The translations under genes and the position numbers were made by a program. A stretch of 64,000 nucleotides of DNA, taken from positions 15,802 through 79,801 of the forward strand of contig CAZJDZ010000004.1 in the NCBI GenBank assembly GCA_964544935.1, given 5' to 3'. Source of the DNA: an uncultured Candidatus Saccharibacteria bacterium (GTDB taxonomy: Bacteria > Patescibacteriota > Minisyncoccia > Phycocordibacterales > UBA5272). The notes under the pieces are model-generated. The model did no database searches and was not told the DNA's origin. It was given only the letters and a program-made list of their open reading frames with translations. Positions 1 through 10,241 of this stretch are shown here, in pieces (position 1 is the stretch's first letter; each line of letters starts with the position of its first letter).

Positions 1-241
1 TTGCGGGAACAAAAATCTTTCACAACGAAGGAAATGAGGCATTTTTGGAAAACAAAAACCCATATACCTCTAAGCAACCCCTTGGTGAAGAACAGTCCTT
101 CGTGAGGATAGACACAGATGCAACAAGTGCAACCAGATCGTCCTTCGAATTAGAAAGTGAGAGTAAATCCCGATTGTTTAGAGATATATAGGTTCTGACA
201 AATATGTTTAAAATATTGTTTATATTTCAAACGATAGGTCT

Positions 242-269
242 ATTATAGCATATATAAAACTTTTGTCAA
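242..269 (-). promoter_or_regulatory. consensus sigma70 promoter facing the left edge of the window
   Basis: Minus strand reads TTGACA-16 nt-TATAAT with an extended -10 TG; the transcribed target runs off the window. Confidence 0.65.
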
Positions 270-291
270 ATCTTGACCAAATCCATACGTC

Positions 292-1275
292 ATGACACCA
301 CTTAACCCCCCAATTGAATTAGAAGAGACAAGGCATTTAGATAGTACTCTTCGACCTGAGAAATTTTCGGATTATGTTGGGCAGGAAGTCATCAAAAAAA
401 ATTTACATATACTTTTAACTGCTGCAAAAGAGCGAAATACTCCTCCTGAACACATACTTCTTTATGGCCCACCAGGACTTGGAAAGACAACACTTGCACA
501 TTTGATTGCAAAAGAACTCGGCGCAAATCTCAAACTATCAAGTGGCCCAGCAATTATGAAAGTTGGGGACTTGGCGGCAATTCTTACGAACCTCACTCCA
601 GGGGATGTTCTGTTTATTGATGAGATTCACCGTCTCAATAAACTAATTGAAGAAGTTCTCTACCCTGCCATGGAGTCTGGAAAGCTTGATATCGTGATAG
701 GTAAAGGACCAACTGCAAGAACAATACAACTTGATCTTCCTCCTTTTACTCTTATAGGAGCGACAACTCGCATATCTCTCCTATCGTCCCCTCTTCGCTC
801 TCGTTTTTCAGGAGGGGTATACAGATTGCAATATTATACAGAAGATGAAATCGCGACTATTGTAAAACATAGTGGTGAAAAACTTAATACCACTGTTCCA
901 GATGATGCAGCATACGAAATTGCTAAGCGTTCACGCTTTACACCACGTATTGCTAACTATTATCTTAAACGTGCACGAGACTACGCTCAGGTACACAAAG
1001 CGCTTCTTGATAAAGATGTGGTTGACACCTCACTCTCACTCCTTGAGATTGATGAGTTTGGAATTGGTATTTCTGAGAGACTTGTTCTTGAGTGTCTAGT
1101 TAACGTATTTAATGGTGGACCTGTTGGACTTAACACACTTGCTGCCGCAACTGGAGAAGAAGAAGCAACAATTGCTGACGTTACAGAACCATACCTTCTT
1201 CAGATTGGTATGATTGAACGTACTGCGCGCGGGCGAAAGGCAACGGAGAAGGCTATGGTGAGGTTTAAGAAGTAG
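292..1275 (+). CDS. ruvB: Holliday junction branch migration helicase RuvB
   Basis: LRP..F.DYVGQ, Walker A GPPGLGKTT, FIDEIHRL, LIGATTR, EPYLLQ.G..RT.RGR. Confidence 0.97.
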   Translation: MTPLNPPIELEETRHLDSTLRPEKFSDYVGQEVIKKNLHILLTAAKERNTPPEHILLYGPPGLGKTTLAHLIAKELGANLKLSSGPAIMKVGDLAAILTNLTPGDVLFIDEIHRLNKLIEEVLYPAMESGKLDIVIGKGPTARTIQLDLPPFTLIGATTRISLLSSPLRSRFSGGVYRLQYYTEDEIATIVKHSGEKLNTTVPDDAAYEIAKRSRFTPRIANYYLKRARDYAQVHKALLDKDVVDTSLSLLEIDEFGIGISERLVLECLVNVFNGGPVGLNTLAAATGEEEATIADVTEPYLLQIGMIERTARGRKATEKAMVRFKK

Positions 1276-1310
1276 GGAGGTCTAGCCTGTAGTGTGATCA
1301 TACTTAATAC

Positions 1311-1351
1311 AATACAAATGCGTGACGCCGTAGGCGTCACGCATTTGTATT
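1311..1351. terminator. perfect 19-bp palindrome with GTA triloop (terminator/REP-like)
   Basis: AATACAAATGCGTGACGCC-GTA-GGCGTCACGCATTTGTATT after the ruvB stop. Confidence 0.7.
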
Positions 1352-1401
1352 AAAGCTAAAAGCTACAAGCTAATAGCTGAAAGTTGTATACTTATATCAC
1401 T

Positions 1402-1917
1402 ATGTCCTCCCCTATTATTCGCATCATGGGAATCGATCCTGGTTTTGATCGGCTTGGTATTTGTATATTAGATAAAGAAGGAACGAAAGAGACGCTAGTA
1501 TTCTCAACATGTATTGTCACCTCAAGAAAAGATATGTTTGAGAAACGTCTTGTTGTGATCGGTGAACAATTAGAAACAATACTTACAACATATACACCCA
1601 CAGAACTTGCTATTGAGACGCTTTTTTTTACAAAAAACCAGAAGACAATTATAACTGTTGCTGAAGTTCGTGGTATATGTATTTATCTTGCACACAAAGT
1701 TGGTGTTGCGCTTTACGAATATTCTCCACCACAAATCAAATTAGCAATCGCAGGCCACGGTAAGGCATCAAAGGATGATATTGCAATTATGGTGCCAAAG
1801 ATTTTAAAACAACCCCTTCTTATACATACACTTGATGATGAAATAGATGCAATAGCAATAGCACTCACCCATAGTGCAAATCGTAATAATCGCCTTATTT
1901 TACAAAGATATTCTTAA
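1402..1917 (+). CDS. ruvC: crossover junction endodeoxyribonuclease RuvC
   Basis: MGIDPG, AIETLFF.KN, EYSP.QIK.A..G.GKA.K, DDEIDAIAIA; ATG at 1402 lies 9 nt after TATACT. Confidence 0.95.
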   Translation: MSSPIIRIMGIDPGFDRLGICILDKEGTKETLVFSTCIVTSRKDMFEKRLVVIGEQLETILTTYTPTELAIETLFFTKNQKTIITVAEVRGICIYLAHKVGVALYEYSPPQIKLAIAGHGKASKDDIAIMVPKILKQPLLIHTLDDEIDAIAIALTHSANRNNRLILQRYS

Positions 1918-1991
1918 ATATTCACACAAAAACTTGCATAGATGTTTGTTAGATGGTATCTTTTCAATACATTAAATTATTTTTGAGTAGT

Positions 1992-2171
1992 ATGCTTATT
2001 GAAGAAGAAGAACCAAAGGTTGGTGGGGACGTAAATCCAGATGCTCTTGAAGCAGTTTTTGAGGAAGATGTTCTTATTGAGGAAGAAGATGTTGTATTTG
2101 CTGTTGTAGACGACGAAGAAGCTGATGAAATAGATATTGCTTTTGCAGCAAATGATGAAGGATACTGGTAA
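1992..2171 (+). CDS. small highly acidic protein (59 aa)
   Basis: ORF with about 23 Asp/Glu in 59 residues, followed by a palindromic terminator; start chosen at ATG 1992. Confidence 0.65.
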   Translation: MLIEEEEPKVGGDVNPDALEAVFEEDVLIEEEDVVFAVVDDEEADEIDIAFAANDEGYW

Positions 2172-2200
2172 TAAACAGCTATCAGCTTGTAGTGTTTAGT

Positions 2201-2237
2201 AATACAAAAGTGGCGCCTACGGCGCCACTTTTGTATT
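2201..2237. terminator. perfect 17-bp palindrome, bidirectional terminator-like
   Basis: AATACAAAAGTGGCGCC-TAC-GGCGCCACTTTTGTATT between convergent genes. Confidence 0.75.
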
Positions 2238-2265
2238 TCGTTATGTATCCCTTAACTCTACTATT

Positions 2266-3459
2266 TTAGCTTACAATTATTTTTACAAATCGTTTCTTCC
2301 CTATTTTAAATGTTGCATTATATGCAAGTTGTTTTGGATCGATAATAGTCCCTTTCTCAACATCAGTAACTGCACCTTCTTGAATAAGTCTACGCCAATC
2401 TGTTTTTGAGGAAACGATTGCATTCTCGACAAGAATATCAGCTAACTCTTTATCGCCTGTTGTTTTTATTTCTGGAACACTATCAGGAACTCCTCCATTT
2501 TGAAATGTTTCAATCCAAGAGTTTTTTGCAAGTGTTGCATCTTTTTCTGTATGATACAACGTTACAAGCTCAGAAGCGAGACGCATCTTAATATCTTTTG
2601 GATTAACGCCGTCTGTTAATTCTTTTGTAAATCCCTCAATATCTGCAAGTGTTACATCAGTACAAAGAGTGAAATATTTAATAATTAAATCATCGTGTAG
2701 TGCCATTACCTTACCAAACATAGTATTTGGGTCATCAACGATAGCAATAATATTACCCCATGAACTCGACATTTTACGTCCATCAATTCCTTCAAGCATT
2801 TGGCATGTAAAAACACTCTGCTTTGGTTGTCCAAAATACTCTTGCATAATACGTCCAGCTTTTAAATTAAACAGTTGATCAAATCCCCCAAGTTCTACAT
2901 CTGACTTAACTGCAACAGAATCATATCCTTGCATAATTGGATACAAAAATTCACGAAGGGAAATTTCTACCCCTGTATCATATCTATCTTTGAAATTACG
3001 ACGAGCAAGCATTTGTTGTACAGAAAAACATTCAGCAAGACGAGTAACTTCCTCGAAAGAAAGTTTTGAGAGCCAATCACTATTGTGAACAAATTCTGTT
3101 TTTGAAAGGTCTAAAATCTTAGAAACCTGACTCTTGTAATCTTTGAGGTTCTCATCAATCTGAGCACGAGTAAGCATTGGACGCTTATCACTTTTATCAG
3201 ATGCATCTCCAACTTGAGCCGTAAAATCACCAACAATAAAAATAACTTGGTGACCTAGTTTTTGAAATTCTCGTAATTTACGAAGAGGAATTGCACGCCC
3301 TAAATGAATCTTTGGCCCTGTAGGATCAACTCCAAGCTTAATGCGAAGCTGTTTTCCAGAAAGGAGGAGTGCTCTTAATTCATCTTTTATAAAAATATCT
3401 TCAACTCCTCGAGTAAGGAGTTCTTCTATTCTTTTTTCATCAGTAATTACCTTATCCAT
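2266..3459 (-). CDS. tyrS: tyrosyl-tRNA synthetase
   Basis: G.DPTG..IHLG (HIGH-like), YPIMQGYDS, ELGG.DQ.FN, KMSSS, C-terminal S4-like domain ending KIGKKRF. Confidence 0.97.
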   Translation of the reverse strand: MDKVITDEKRIEELLTRGVEDIFIKDELRALLLSGKQLRIKLGVDPTGPKIHLGRAIPLRKLREFQKLGHQVIFIVGDFTAQVGDASDKSDKRPMLTRAQIDENLKDYKSQVSKILDLSKTEFVHNSDWLSKLSFEEVTRLAECFSVQQMLARRNFKDRYDTGVEISLREFLYPIMQGYDSVAVKSDVELGGFDQLFNLKAGRIMQEYFGQPKQSVFTCQMLEGIDGRKMSSSWGNIIAIVDDPNTMFGKVMALHDDLIIKYFTLCTDVTLADIEGFTKELTDGVNPKDIKMRLASELVTLYHTEKDATLAKNSWIETFQNGGVPDSVPEIKTTGDKELADILVENAIVSSKTDWRRLIQEGAVTDVEKGTIIDPKQLAYNATFKIGKKRFVKIIVS

Positions 3460-3515
3460 GGGTTGTATACTACCATATGCACCACTTTTCTTTAAGTGTG
3501 TGCTACTATAGACAA

Positions 3516-5711
3516 ATGTCGGATTCTTATGTACATAGAAAAAAGCGAATAAAACACAGATTCTTTAAAGAATTCTTTCTTGTTATTTTTTCTTTGGGAA
3601 TTATTATACTTGCGTATGGAATAACATGGCTTGCAACCATGCAACTTCCGGATTTTAATAATTTTGAAAATAGAAACATAGCTAACTCAACAAAAATCTA
3701 CGACAGGACAGGTAAAATTGTTTTATATAATATTCATGATAATGTTCGTAGAACTGCAATCCCTATTGAAGATATAAGTCCGTATATTCAAAAGGCTACT
3801 ATTTCTATTGAAGATGCTCATTTTTATGAGCACTTTGGGTTTAGACCAACATCGTTTATTCGTGCTGTAATTACTAATATTACCTCTGGTGGTTATGCTC
3901 AAGGGGGTTCAACAATTGATCAGCAAGTTATAAAAAATGCTCTTCTTTCTCGTGAAAAAACTATTTCTCGTAAATTGAAAGAAATAATTCTTTCAATAAA
4001 ACTTGATCGTGAACTTCCTAAAGATACGATTCTTCAAATATATTTAAATGAAAGCCCTTATGGTGGAACTATTTATGGTGTTGAAGAAGCTTCTCTTACT
4101 TATTTTAATAAAAAAGCAAAGGATGTAACCTTAACCGAAGCCGCATACTTGGCAGCTCTTCCACAAGCTCCAACGTTTTATTCTCCATATGGAAAACATA
4201 GAGAAGAACTTGAAAAGAGAAAAAATCTTGTTTTAGAAAGGATGTATGAACTTAATCATATTACTAAAGAACAAAAAGATTTTTCTCAAAAAGAACAGGT
4301 AGTTTTTGAAAAAGATCTTTCAAACAGTGGTAAAGCTCTTCATTTTGTTATGTATATTCGTGAATATCTTGAAGAAAAGTATGGTATCGATATGGTTCAA
4401 AATGGAGGTCTTCGTGTTATTACAACAATTGATTATACACTTCAAAAACAATTTGAAGATATTGTAAAAGAAGGTGCATTAGAAAACATGAAGAAGTTTA
4501 AAGCTTCAAACTCTGCACTTGTTGCTATTGATCCAAAAACTGGGCAAATACTTTCTATGGTTGGTTCTCGTGATTTTTTTGATACAGAAATAGCGGGTCA
4601 ATTTAATATTGCAACAGCTTTTAGACAACCTGGATCTTCTTTTAAGCCAATTGTATATGCTGCTGCATTTAAACTTGGATACACCCCTGAAACTGTCTTG
4701 TTTGATATTCCTACTCAATTTAGTTCTCTTTGTGATTTTGAAGGAACTCCGTTGCGAGCCGGTGCTGATTCTTCAGTATGTTACATGCCAGAGAATTATG
4801 ATGGTCTTTTTAGAGGTCCTGTTTCTTTACGTGAAGCACTTGCTCAATCTCTTAATATTCCAGCAGTTAAACTTCTATATCTTACTGGTATTAATAATGT
4901 AATTACTCTTGCTCAAGCAATGGGTCTCTCAACAATTAATGATCCTAGTCGTTATGGTCTTTCTCTTGTGCTTGGTGGTGGAGAAATAACATTACTTGAA
5001 CTTACTAATGCGTACGGTGTATTTGCTAATAATGGTATGTATCATAAACAACAAGGTATTCTTGAAATACGAGATAGGGATGGAAGTATTCTTCAAAAAT
5101 TTACACAAGCAGAAACTGAAGTTCTTCCAGAATCAGTAACAACTCTTATTTCAAGTATTCTTTCTGATAATGTAGCACGAACAGCTACATATGGAGCCAA
5201 CTCTGCACTTTACTTCAGAGATAGACCTGTTGCAGTAAAAACAGGTACAACTAATGACTATAGAGATGTATGGGTTGTTGGATATACACCATCTATTGTT
5301 ATTGGTATGTGGGCAGGAAATAATGATAATACTCCTATAGATAAAAGGACAGCTGGGTTTGTACTCGCTCCTGTTTGGCGAAAATCAATGACTGTTGCTG
5401 TTGAAGGTACTCCGGTTGAGTATTTCCCTGATCCTCTCCCTAACACCTCTTCTAAGCCAATTTTAGAAGGAAAGTACTGTTCATTTAATGGTGTTCATAC
5501 TATCCTTGCTTCTGTAATAAAAAATAATCCTGCTGGAGAATACCCTATTAATCCAACAAATGATTCACAATATTTTCTTTGGGAAAATACTCTTCAGAAA
5601 TGGCTAGCAAATCATTCGCTTCCATGTGCAGGTGATACAACATCTCTTTCATCTTCAACTCCTTCAACTATAATTCCTACAGAAATAGCAACAACAACTT
5701 TTACACAATAA
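3516..5711 (+). CDS. class A penicillin-binding protein (transglycosylase/transpeptidase, PBP1A family)
   Basis: N-terminal TM, EDAHFYEH.G, QGGSTI.QQ, RKLKE, QPGSSFKP (SxxK), SLN, KTGT. Confidence 0.95.
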   Translation: MSDSYVHRKKRIKHRFFKEFFLVIFSLGIIILAYGITWLATMQLPDFNNFENRNIANSTKIYDRTGKIVLYNIHDNVRRTAIPIEDISPYIQKATISIEDAHFYEHFGFRPTSFIRAVITNITSGGYAQGGSTIDQQVIKNALLSREKTISRKLKEIILSIKLDRELPKDTILQIYLNESPYGGTIYGVEEASLTYFNKKAKDVTLTEAAYLAALPQAPTFYSPYGKHREELEKRKNLVLERMYELNHITKEQKDFSQKEQVVFEKDLSNSGKALHFVMYIREYLEEKYGIDMVQNGGLRVITTIDYTLQKQFEDIVKEGALENMKKFKASNSALVAIDPKTGQILSMVGSRDFFDTEIAGQFNIATAFRQPGSSFKPIVYAAAFKLGYTPETVLFDIPTQFSSLCDFEGTPLRAGADSSVCYMPENYDGLFRGPVSLREALAQSLNIPAVKLLYLTGINNVITLAQAMGLSTINDPSRYGLSLVLGGGEITLLELTNAYGVFANNGMYHKQQGILEIRDRDGSILQKFTQAETEVLPESVTTLISSILSDNVARTATYGANSALYFRDRPVAVKTGTTNDYRDVWVVGYTPSIVIGMWAGNNDNTPIDKRTAGFVLAPVWRKSMTVAVEGTPVEYFPDPLPNTSSKPILEGKYCSFNGVHTILASVIKNNPAGEYPINPTNDSQYFLWENTLQKWLANHSLPCAGDTTSLSSSTPSTIIPTEIATTTFTQ

Positions 5712-5722
5712 TTATTACAGTT

Positions 5723-5956
5723 TTAAAGTTTAACTATATATCCCTGTTCTTGTAAAATATTTTTAATGTTTTTTTGTATAAGAAATGCTTTTTTTACTGA
5801 TGTTGTTTGTATAGTGATTATTTTTTTAGAAATATGTAGTTCTTTTTGATCTATAGTAATGTTTGTTTTTTCTAAAATAAGAATACAAATCTGTTCTTTT
5901 ATATCATTATTATTTTTAATTTGGGTAGAGTATTTTTTGAAAAGTCCTTGATCCAT
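5723..5956 (-). CDS. small basic protein immediately downstream of dnaN, possible DciA/DUF721-like
   Basis: 77 aa ORF 3 nt after the dnaN stop; helix-strand-strand-helix pattern; position in the dnaA-dnaN operon. Confidence 0.55.
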   Translation of the reverse strand: MDQGLFKKYSTQIKNNNDIKEQICILILEKTNITIDQKELHISKKIITIQTTSVKKAFLIQKNIKNILQEQGYIVKL

Positions 5957-5959
5957 AGA

Positions 5960-7051
5960 TTACCTATTAAGAGGCATAAGTAAATATGTGAAAGTTATAT
6001 CTTGTTGAGAGGTAATAAATACTGGTTTATTAGGTGTTGTAAAATTACAAATAAGAGAATCACCTTTAATATACGGTACAACATCTAAGAAAAACTTATT
6101 ATTATATTTTACTTCTATATCTTCCCCTTCTTTTGTAATAGGAATTGAGTGTGTTACTTGACCAACTTTTTCACTTTTACTATGTACAGTACATTTTCCT
6201 TCTGTAAAAATACATTCAACTTGGGAATACTGTTCATTAAAAAAAGTTGTAAGGAGGAGTGCTTTTTGAAGTTCTTCTTTTGAGAGTGATACTGTAGTTG
6301 TGAACTCCTTCGGGAATAGCTGTCTATAGTCCGGAAAATGACCTGTAATCGTGTGTATTGATAGAGTTAAGGTATTTCCTGTAAGTGATAAAATATTCTC
6401 ACTACGAGAGAGATTTATATCACCTTCTTCTTCGTTAATAATTTGAAGAATTTCTCCTATATGTTTTTGAGGGATAAGGAAAGAAAAATCTAAATCTTTC
6501 TCATTCGGAATATTTTTTTCAGCAAGACGATATGAATCTGTTGCAACAGAATAAATCGAAGAATCTTTTGTATATACAAACACTGAAGAAATTTCTGGCT
6601 TTATATCTGTTGTAGCTGAACAAAAAGAAACTTCACGTAGCAACATATCAATTGATTCTTTTGGAAGAGATCCTAATTGTTCACCTTGGGTTGGTAACAT
6701 AGGAAAGTCTTCGTATGGTGTTGTTTTTATTTCAATAACTCCTTTTTCTGTTGTAATAGTAAATACTCCATTAACTAATTCACAAGTAAGTGTTACATCT
6801 TTTGCATTAAAAGTAGAAATAATTCGAAGTAATGTCTCCCCTTGTAATAAACAAGCACCATTAACCACTCCTTTTACAGGAATACTTTTTTCACAGAATA
6901 ATTCTAAGTTAGTAGCTCGAAGTGAAAGGAGATGATCATTAACTTCAAGATGTATGTCTTGAAGAAAGTTTTGTGACTGTACTTTACTACGTGCACGAGA
7001 TACTTGTTGTACTGCTTTTATAAAGACCTCTCCTTTGCATTCGAATTTCAT
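5960..7051 (-). CDS. dnaN: DNA polymerase III beta sliding clamp
   Basis: ATNLE, VATDSYRLA, G.FPDY..L.P, C-terminal YLLMPL; adjacent to dnaA. Confidence 0.96.
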   Translation of the reverse strand: MKFECKGEVFIKAVQQVSRARSKVQSQNFLQDIHLEVNDHLLSLRATNLELFCEKSIPVKGVVNGACLLQGETLLRIISTFNAKDVTLTCELVNGVFTITTEKGVIEIKTTPYEDFPMLPTQGEQLGSLPKESIDMLLREVSFCSATTDIKPEISSVFVYTKDSSIYSVATDSYRLAEKNIPNEKDLDFSFLIPQKHIGEILQIINEEEGDINLSRSENILSLTGNTLTLSIHTITGHFPDYRQLFPKEFTTTVSLSKEELQKALLLTTFFNEQYSQVECIFTEGKCTVHSKSEKVGQVTHSIPITKEGEDIEVKYNNKFFLDVVPYIKGDSLICNFTTPNKPVFITSQQDITFTYLLMPLNR

Positions 7052-7329
7052 AGTACTTAGTATATATAAAATATAATACTAAGTATAGGTATGTGGATGT
7101 TGTGGAAACAGTACAATAATACTTATATATAAAGGATTTTTATTATAATTTATAAACTTTTATATATACTATTCTTTAGTTTTGTTGGGTATATACCGTA
7201 ATTAAAATTACTACAACAAGAACAACATATAGATTTATTATGAGTTTATTCTGTACTTATTCACAGACTTTTCCACAAAAATAATATATATAATAAAAAA
7301 CATACAAAATTGTATGTTTTTTATTTATT
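7052..7329. other. probable replication origin (oriC) in the dnaA-dnaN intergenic region
   Basis: DnaA-box-like 9-mers TGTGGATGT 7092-7100, TGTGGAAAC 7101-7109, TTATTCACA 7257-7265, TTTTCCACA 7269-7277 around very AT-rich DNA; another box TATGGATAA at 8794-8802 upstream of dnaA. Confidence 0.75.
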
Positions 7330-8667
7330 TTATACAAGCATTGCTCTTATATCCTCTATTTCTCTACTTAATTGAGGGTTATCTTTAAGTAATCCTTTTA
7401 TTTTTTCATATGAATGGATTACTGTTGTGTGATCTCTTCCTCCTAATCTATCCCCTATCATCGGGTATGATATATCAAAATCTTCACGAAGAATATACAT
7501 AACAATCTGACGAGGTTTTACAACATCTTTTCTACGTGTTTTGTTATAAATATATACATCAGGAATATGATAATAATCAGAAATCATTTTTACTATTTCT
7601 GGAATAGAAATACTTTTTTTAGCACGAACACTATTTTTAAGAAGATTTTTTACATCAAGAAGACTAATAACTTGTTGTTTTACTTGAATATGACCAAGAA
7701 TTGAAGTCATTACCCCTTCTAGTTCTCGAATATTTCCTTGAATTGTTTCTGCAATATATTGTAATACTTCAGAAGGAATTTTTTCACGATAATCCTTTGT
7801 TTTTATTTGTAAAATTGCAAGTCTTGATTCTACAGAAGGTACATTAACATCAACAATCATACCGTGATTAAATCTTGAGCGAAGACGATCCTCTAATCCT
7901 TGAATAAGATTAGGATGTTTATCAGAAGAAAAGATAATCTGTTTATTCATTTCATAAAGAGAATTAAAAAGATGGAATAGTTCGTCTTGAGTACGTTCTT
8001 TACCATTAATAAATTGAATATCATCCATAATAAACACATCAAATTTTCTATATTTTTCTTTAAAACTATTAATTTTATTAAGATTAGTAGCATTTACATA
8101 ATCCATATAGTATTTTTCAAGAGATGTATAAAAAATTTTTCTATCCGGATGTTTTTTCTTAATCGTATTTCCTACAGCTTGTAATAAATGAGTTTTACCA
8201 AGACCTGTGTTTCCATAAATAAAAAGTGGATTATATACAATTCCAAGATTATTAATAACCGCCTGAGAACAAGCATAAGCAACTTCATTAAAAGAACCAA
8301 CAATAAAACTATCAAACGTATATCGTGGATTTAAACCATCATCTTTATTAATGTAAAGGTCATTAAGAGGAAGTGTTTGCCCAATAATAGAAATATGTTG
8401 TGATTTTTTCTGAAGAGCTTCTGGTTTTACAACAGTAAAAATAACAGCACGAACACCTTCATGGATCGTTCGTAAAATACGAAGAATAAATTTGTGATAT
8501 TTTTGATTAAGCCAATCTTTAACGAATTCATTTGGGACACCAATAGTAACTTCCCCATCCTTGTAATCAATAATACGAGTATTTTTGAACCACGTATTAA
8601 AGTTAACTCGAGAAAGTTCTATCTCAATCTGAGATAATGCACTATTCCAAAGTTGTTGATAGTCCAT
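7330..8667 (-). CDS. dnaA: chromosomal replication initiator DnaA
   Basis: LNPRYTFDSF, YNPLFIYG.TGLGKTHL, DDIQF, NIRELEG, GGRDHTTV. Confidence 0.99.
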   Translation of the reverse strand: MDYQQLWNSALSQIEIELSRVNFNTWFKNTRIIDYKDGEVTIGVPNEFVKDWLNQKYHKFILRILRTIHEGVRAVIFTVVKPEALQKKSQHISIIGQTLPLNDLYINKDDGLNPRYTFDSFIVGSFNEVAYACSQAVINNLGIVYNPLFIYGNTGLGKTHLLQAVGNTIKKKHPDRKIFYTSLEKYYMDYVNATNLNKINSFKEKYRKFDVFIMDDIQFINGKERTQDELFHLFNSLYEMNKQIIFSSDKHPNLIQGLEDRLRSRFNHGMIVDVNVPSVESRLAILQIKTKDYREKIPSEVLQYIAETIQGNIRELEGVMTSILGHIQVKQQVISLLDVKNLLKNSVRAKKSISIPEIVKMISDYYHIPDVYIYNKTRRKDVVKPRQIVMYILREDFDISYPMIGDRLGGRDHTTVIHSYEKIKGLLKDNPQLSREIEDIRAMLV

Positions 8668-8879
8668 AGATACCTGTAAGTATACACGTCAATTGTTTTG
8701 TCACAACTTGACAGGAAGGTAGATAATAGACGTTGGGTAATAGAAGATGAAAAATATAAGGTCATTACTAAAATTCCTATTTCTTTTTATATTTATGGAT
8801 AAGAAATATGTAAAGTTAACTTTTAATATTTACAATTTTTACGGTTGATTTTTATCTATTTCTCATGTAGAATAGCGCC

Positions 8880-9014
8880 ATGTCAATTACATATAACCCA
8901 AAAAGAAAGAAGCGAGGAACCACACACGGATTTCTCGTACGTATGGCTACAAAAGGAGGCCGTAAGGCTATTTCTCGTCGTCGAAGTATTGGACGCAAGA
9001 AACTTTCGGTTTAG
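8880..9014 (+). CDS. rpmH: 50S ribosomal protein L34 (too short for the ORF track)
   Basis: Manual translation [44 protein letters not shown]; divergent from dnaA. Confidence 0.96.
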   Translation: MSITYNPKRKKRGTTHGFLVRMATKGGRKAISRRRSIGRKKLSV

Positions 9015-9056
9015 TTAGTTGAGAATCTGGTGTTACAAACGCCTTAGTTTCACTCT

Positions 9057-9371
9057 ATGCCACCAAAAAACAAACGTTTTACAAAAGAAGACTTTTTAAA
9101 GGCTCGTCCTAAAGTCTTTTTTCGTGGAGCGTTAGTAGATATTGCATATGTACAACTCCCTACCCAAAAGTTTGCTTGTGTTATTTCTAAAAAAACACTA
9201 AAAACAGCAGTTGTAAGAAATAGTGTTAAAAGAAAGATTATGAATTGTCTTTCCACAATTGAAATCCCAACCCAGCACTCATTTGTTATATACCCAAAAA
9301 AAACAACTAAGGACACCCCCTATTCACTCCTAGATGAGGAAATAAAGAAAGCATTTGCTACACTACACTAA
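9057..9371 (+). CDS. rnpA: ribonuclease P protein component
   Basis: ISKK...AVVRN.VKR (RNR-type motif); rpmH-rnpA-yidC synteny. Confidence 0.88.
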   Translation: MPPKNKRFTKEDFLKARPKVFFRGALVDIAYVQLPTQKFACVISKKTLKTAVVRNSVKRKIMNCLSTIEIPTQHSFVIYPKKTTKDTPYSLLDEEIKKAFATLH

Positions 9372-9372
9372 T

Positions 9373-10095
9373 ATGTTTCATACATTTTTCTACGAACCAA
9401 TTTATAATCTTATTGTGCTTGTGCTCAACCTCGTCCCTCTTCATGATATAGGAGCAACAATTATTATTGTGACACTTATAGTGAAAGGATTACTCCTTCC
9501 TTTTAATCTTTCAGCACTTCGTACTCAATATGCTATGAAACGAGCTGAGCCAGAAATGAAGCGTATCAAAGAGCTTCAAAAGAAAGATCCAGCAGCGGCA
9601 TCAAAAGCAATGATTGAGATTTATAAAAAGGAAAAAATAAATCCATTCTCTAGTTTGTTTGCAATGATATTACAAGTCCCTATCTTCTTTGCACTATACT
9701 TCGTTTTTTCAAAAGGGTTATTTAATGATCCAAAGTCAATATATTCATTTGTAACATTTCCAGAAACTCTCCACACATTAGCATTTGGACTTTTTGATGT
9801 AACACAAAAAAGTATTTTCATAGCACTTCTAGCAGGGTTTTCTTCATATAGACTTGCACTTCGTCAAACACAAGGAATGGGAGAAACGAAAGAGTCACAA
9901 GAAGAGTCATTCCAAAATCAGTTTATGAAATCAATGAAAATACAAATGGTGTATGTACTTCCTGTGATTATTATTTTTTCAGGAATGGTTCTTCCGTCAG
10001 CGCTTTCCTTGTATTGGTTTATTAGTAATATAGCAAGTATTTTTCTTGATATATACACAAAGAATAAGTTGGCACATTTAAAACCAGCACATTAA
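9373..10095 (+). CDS. yidC: membrane protein insertase YidC/Oxa1 (short form)
   Basis: G.TIIIVTLIVK.LL.P, PE.K.I, YKKEKINP, Q.PIF.ALY, PSAL.LYW. Confidence 0.93.
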   Translation: MFHTFFYEPIYNLIVLVLNLVPLHDIGATIIIVTLIVKGLLLPFNLSALRTQYAMKRAEPEMKRIKELQKKDPAAASKAMIEIYKKEKINPFSSLFAMILQVPIFFALYFVFSKGLFNDPKSIYSFVTFPETLHTLAFGLFDVTQKSIFIALLAGFSSYRLALRQTQGMGETKESQEESFQNQFMKSMKIQMVYVLPVIIIFSGMVLPSALSLYWFISNIASIFLDIYTKNKLAHLKPAH

Positions 10096-10155
10096 AAATA
10101 TAGAGGGTAGACCGCCTCGCTGGTAGAAGATGGAGTATAGAGGATAGAGAGGAGA

Positions 10156-10202
10156 TGTAAGACAAATGCGCGACACCGAAGGTGTCGCGCATTTGTCTTA
10201 CA
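10156..10202. terminator. perfect 22-bp palindrome with GAA triloop
   Basis: TGTAAGACAAATGCGCGACACC-GAA-GGTGTCGCGCATTTGTCTTACA between convergent yidC and the T4SS-like locus. Confidence 0.75.
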
Positions 10203-10241
10203 CAGACTTAATAAGAAAGACTTAGGCATAGTTATACGTAG

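Noticed and set aside
1-240. Gene or RNA driven by the minus-strand promoter at 242-269
   Set aside because: Truncated by the window edge; only a short ATG frame with a poorly spaced SD is visible, so no product can be supported
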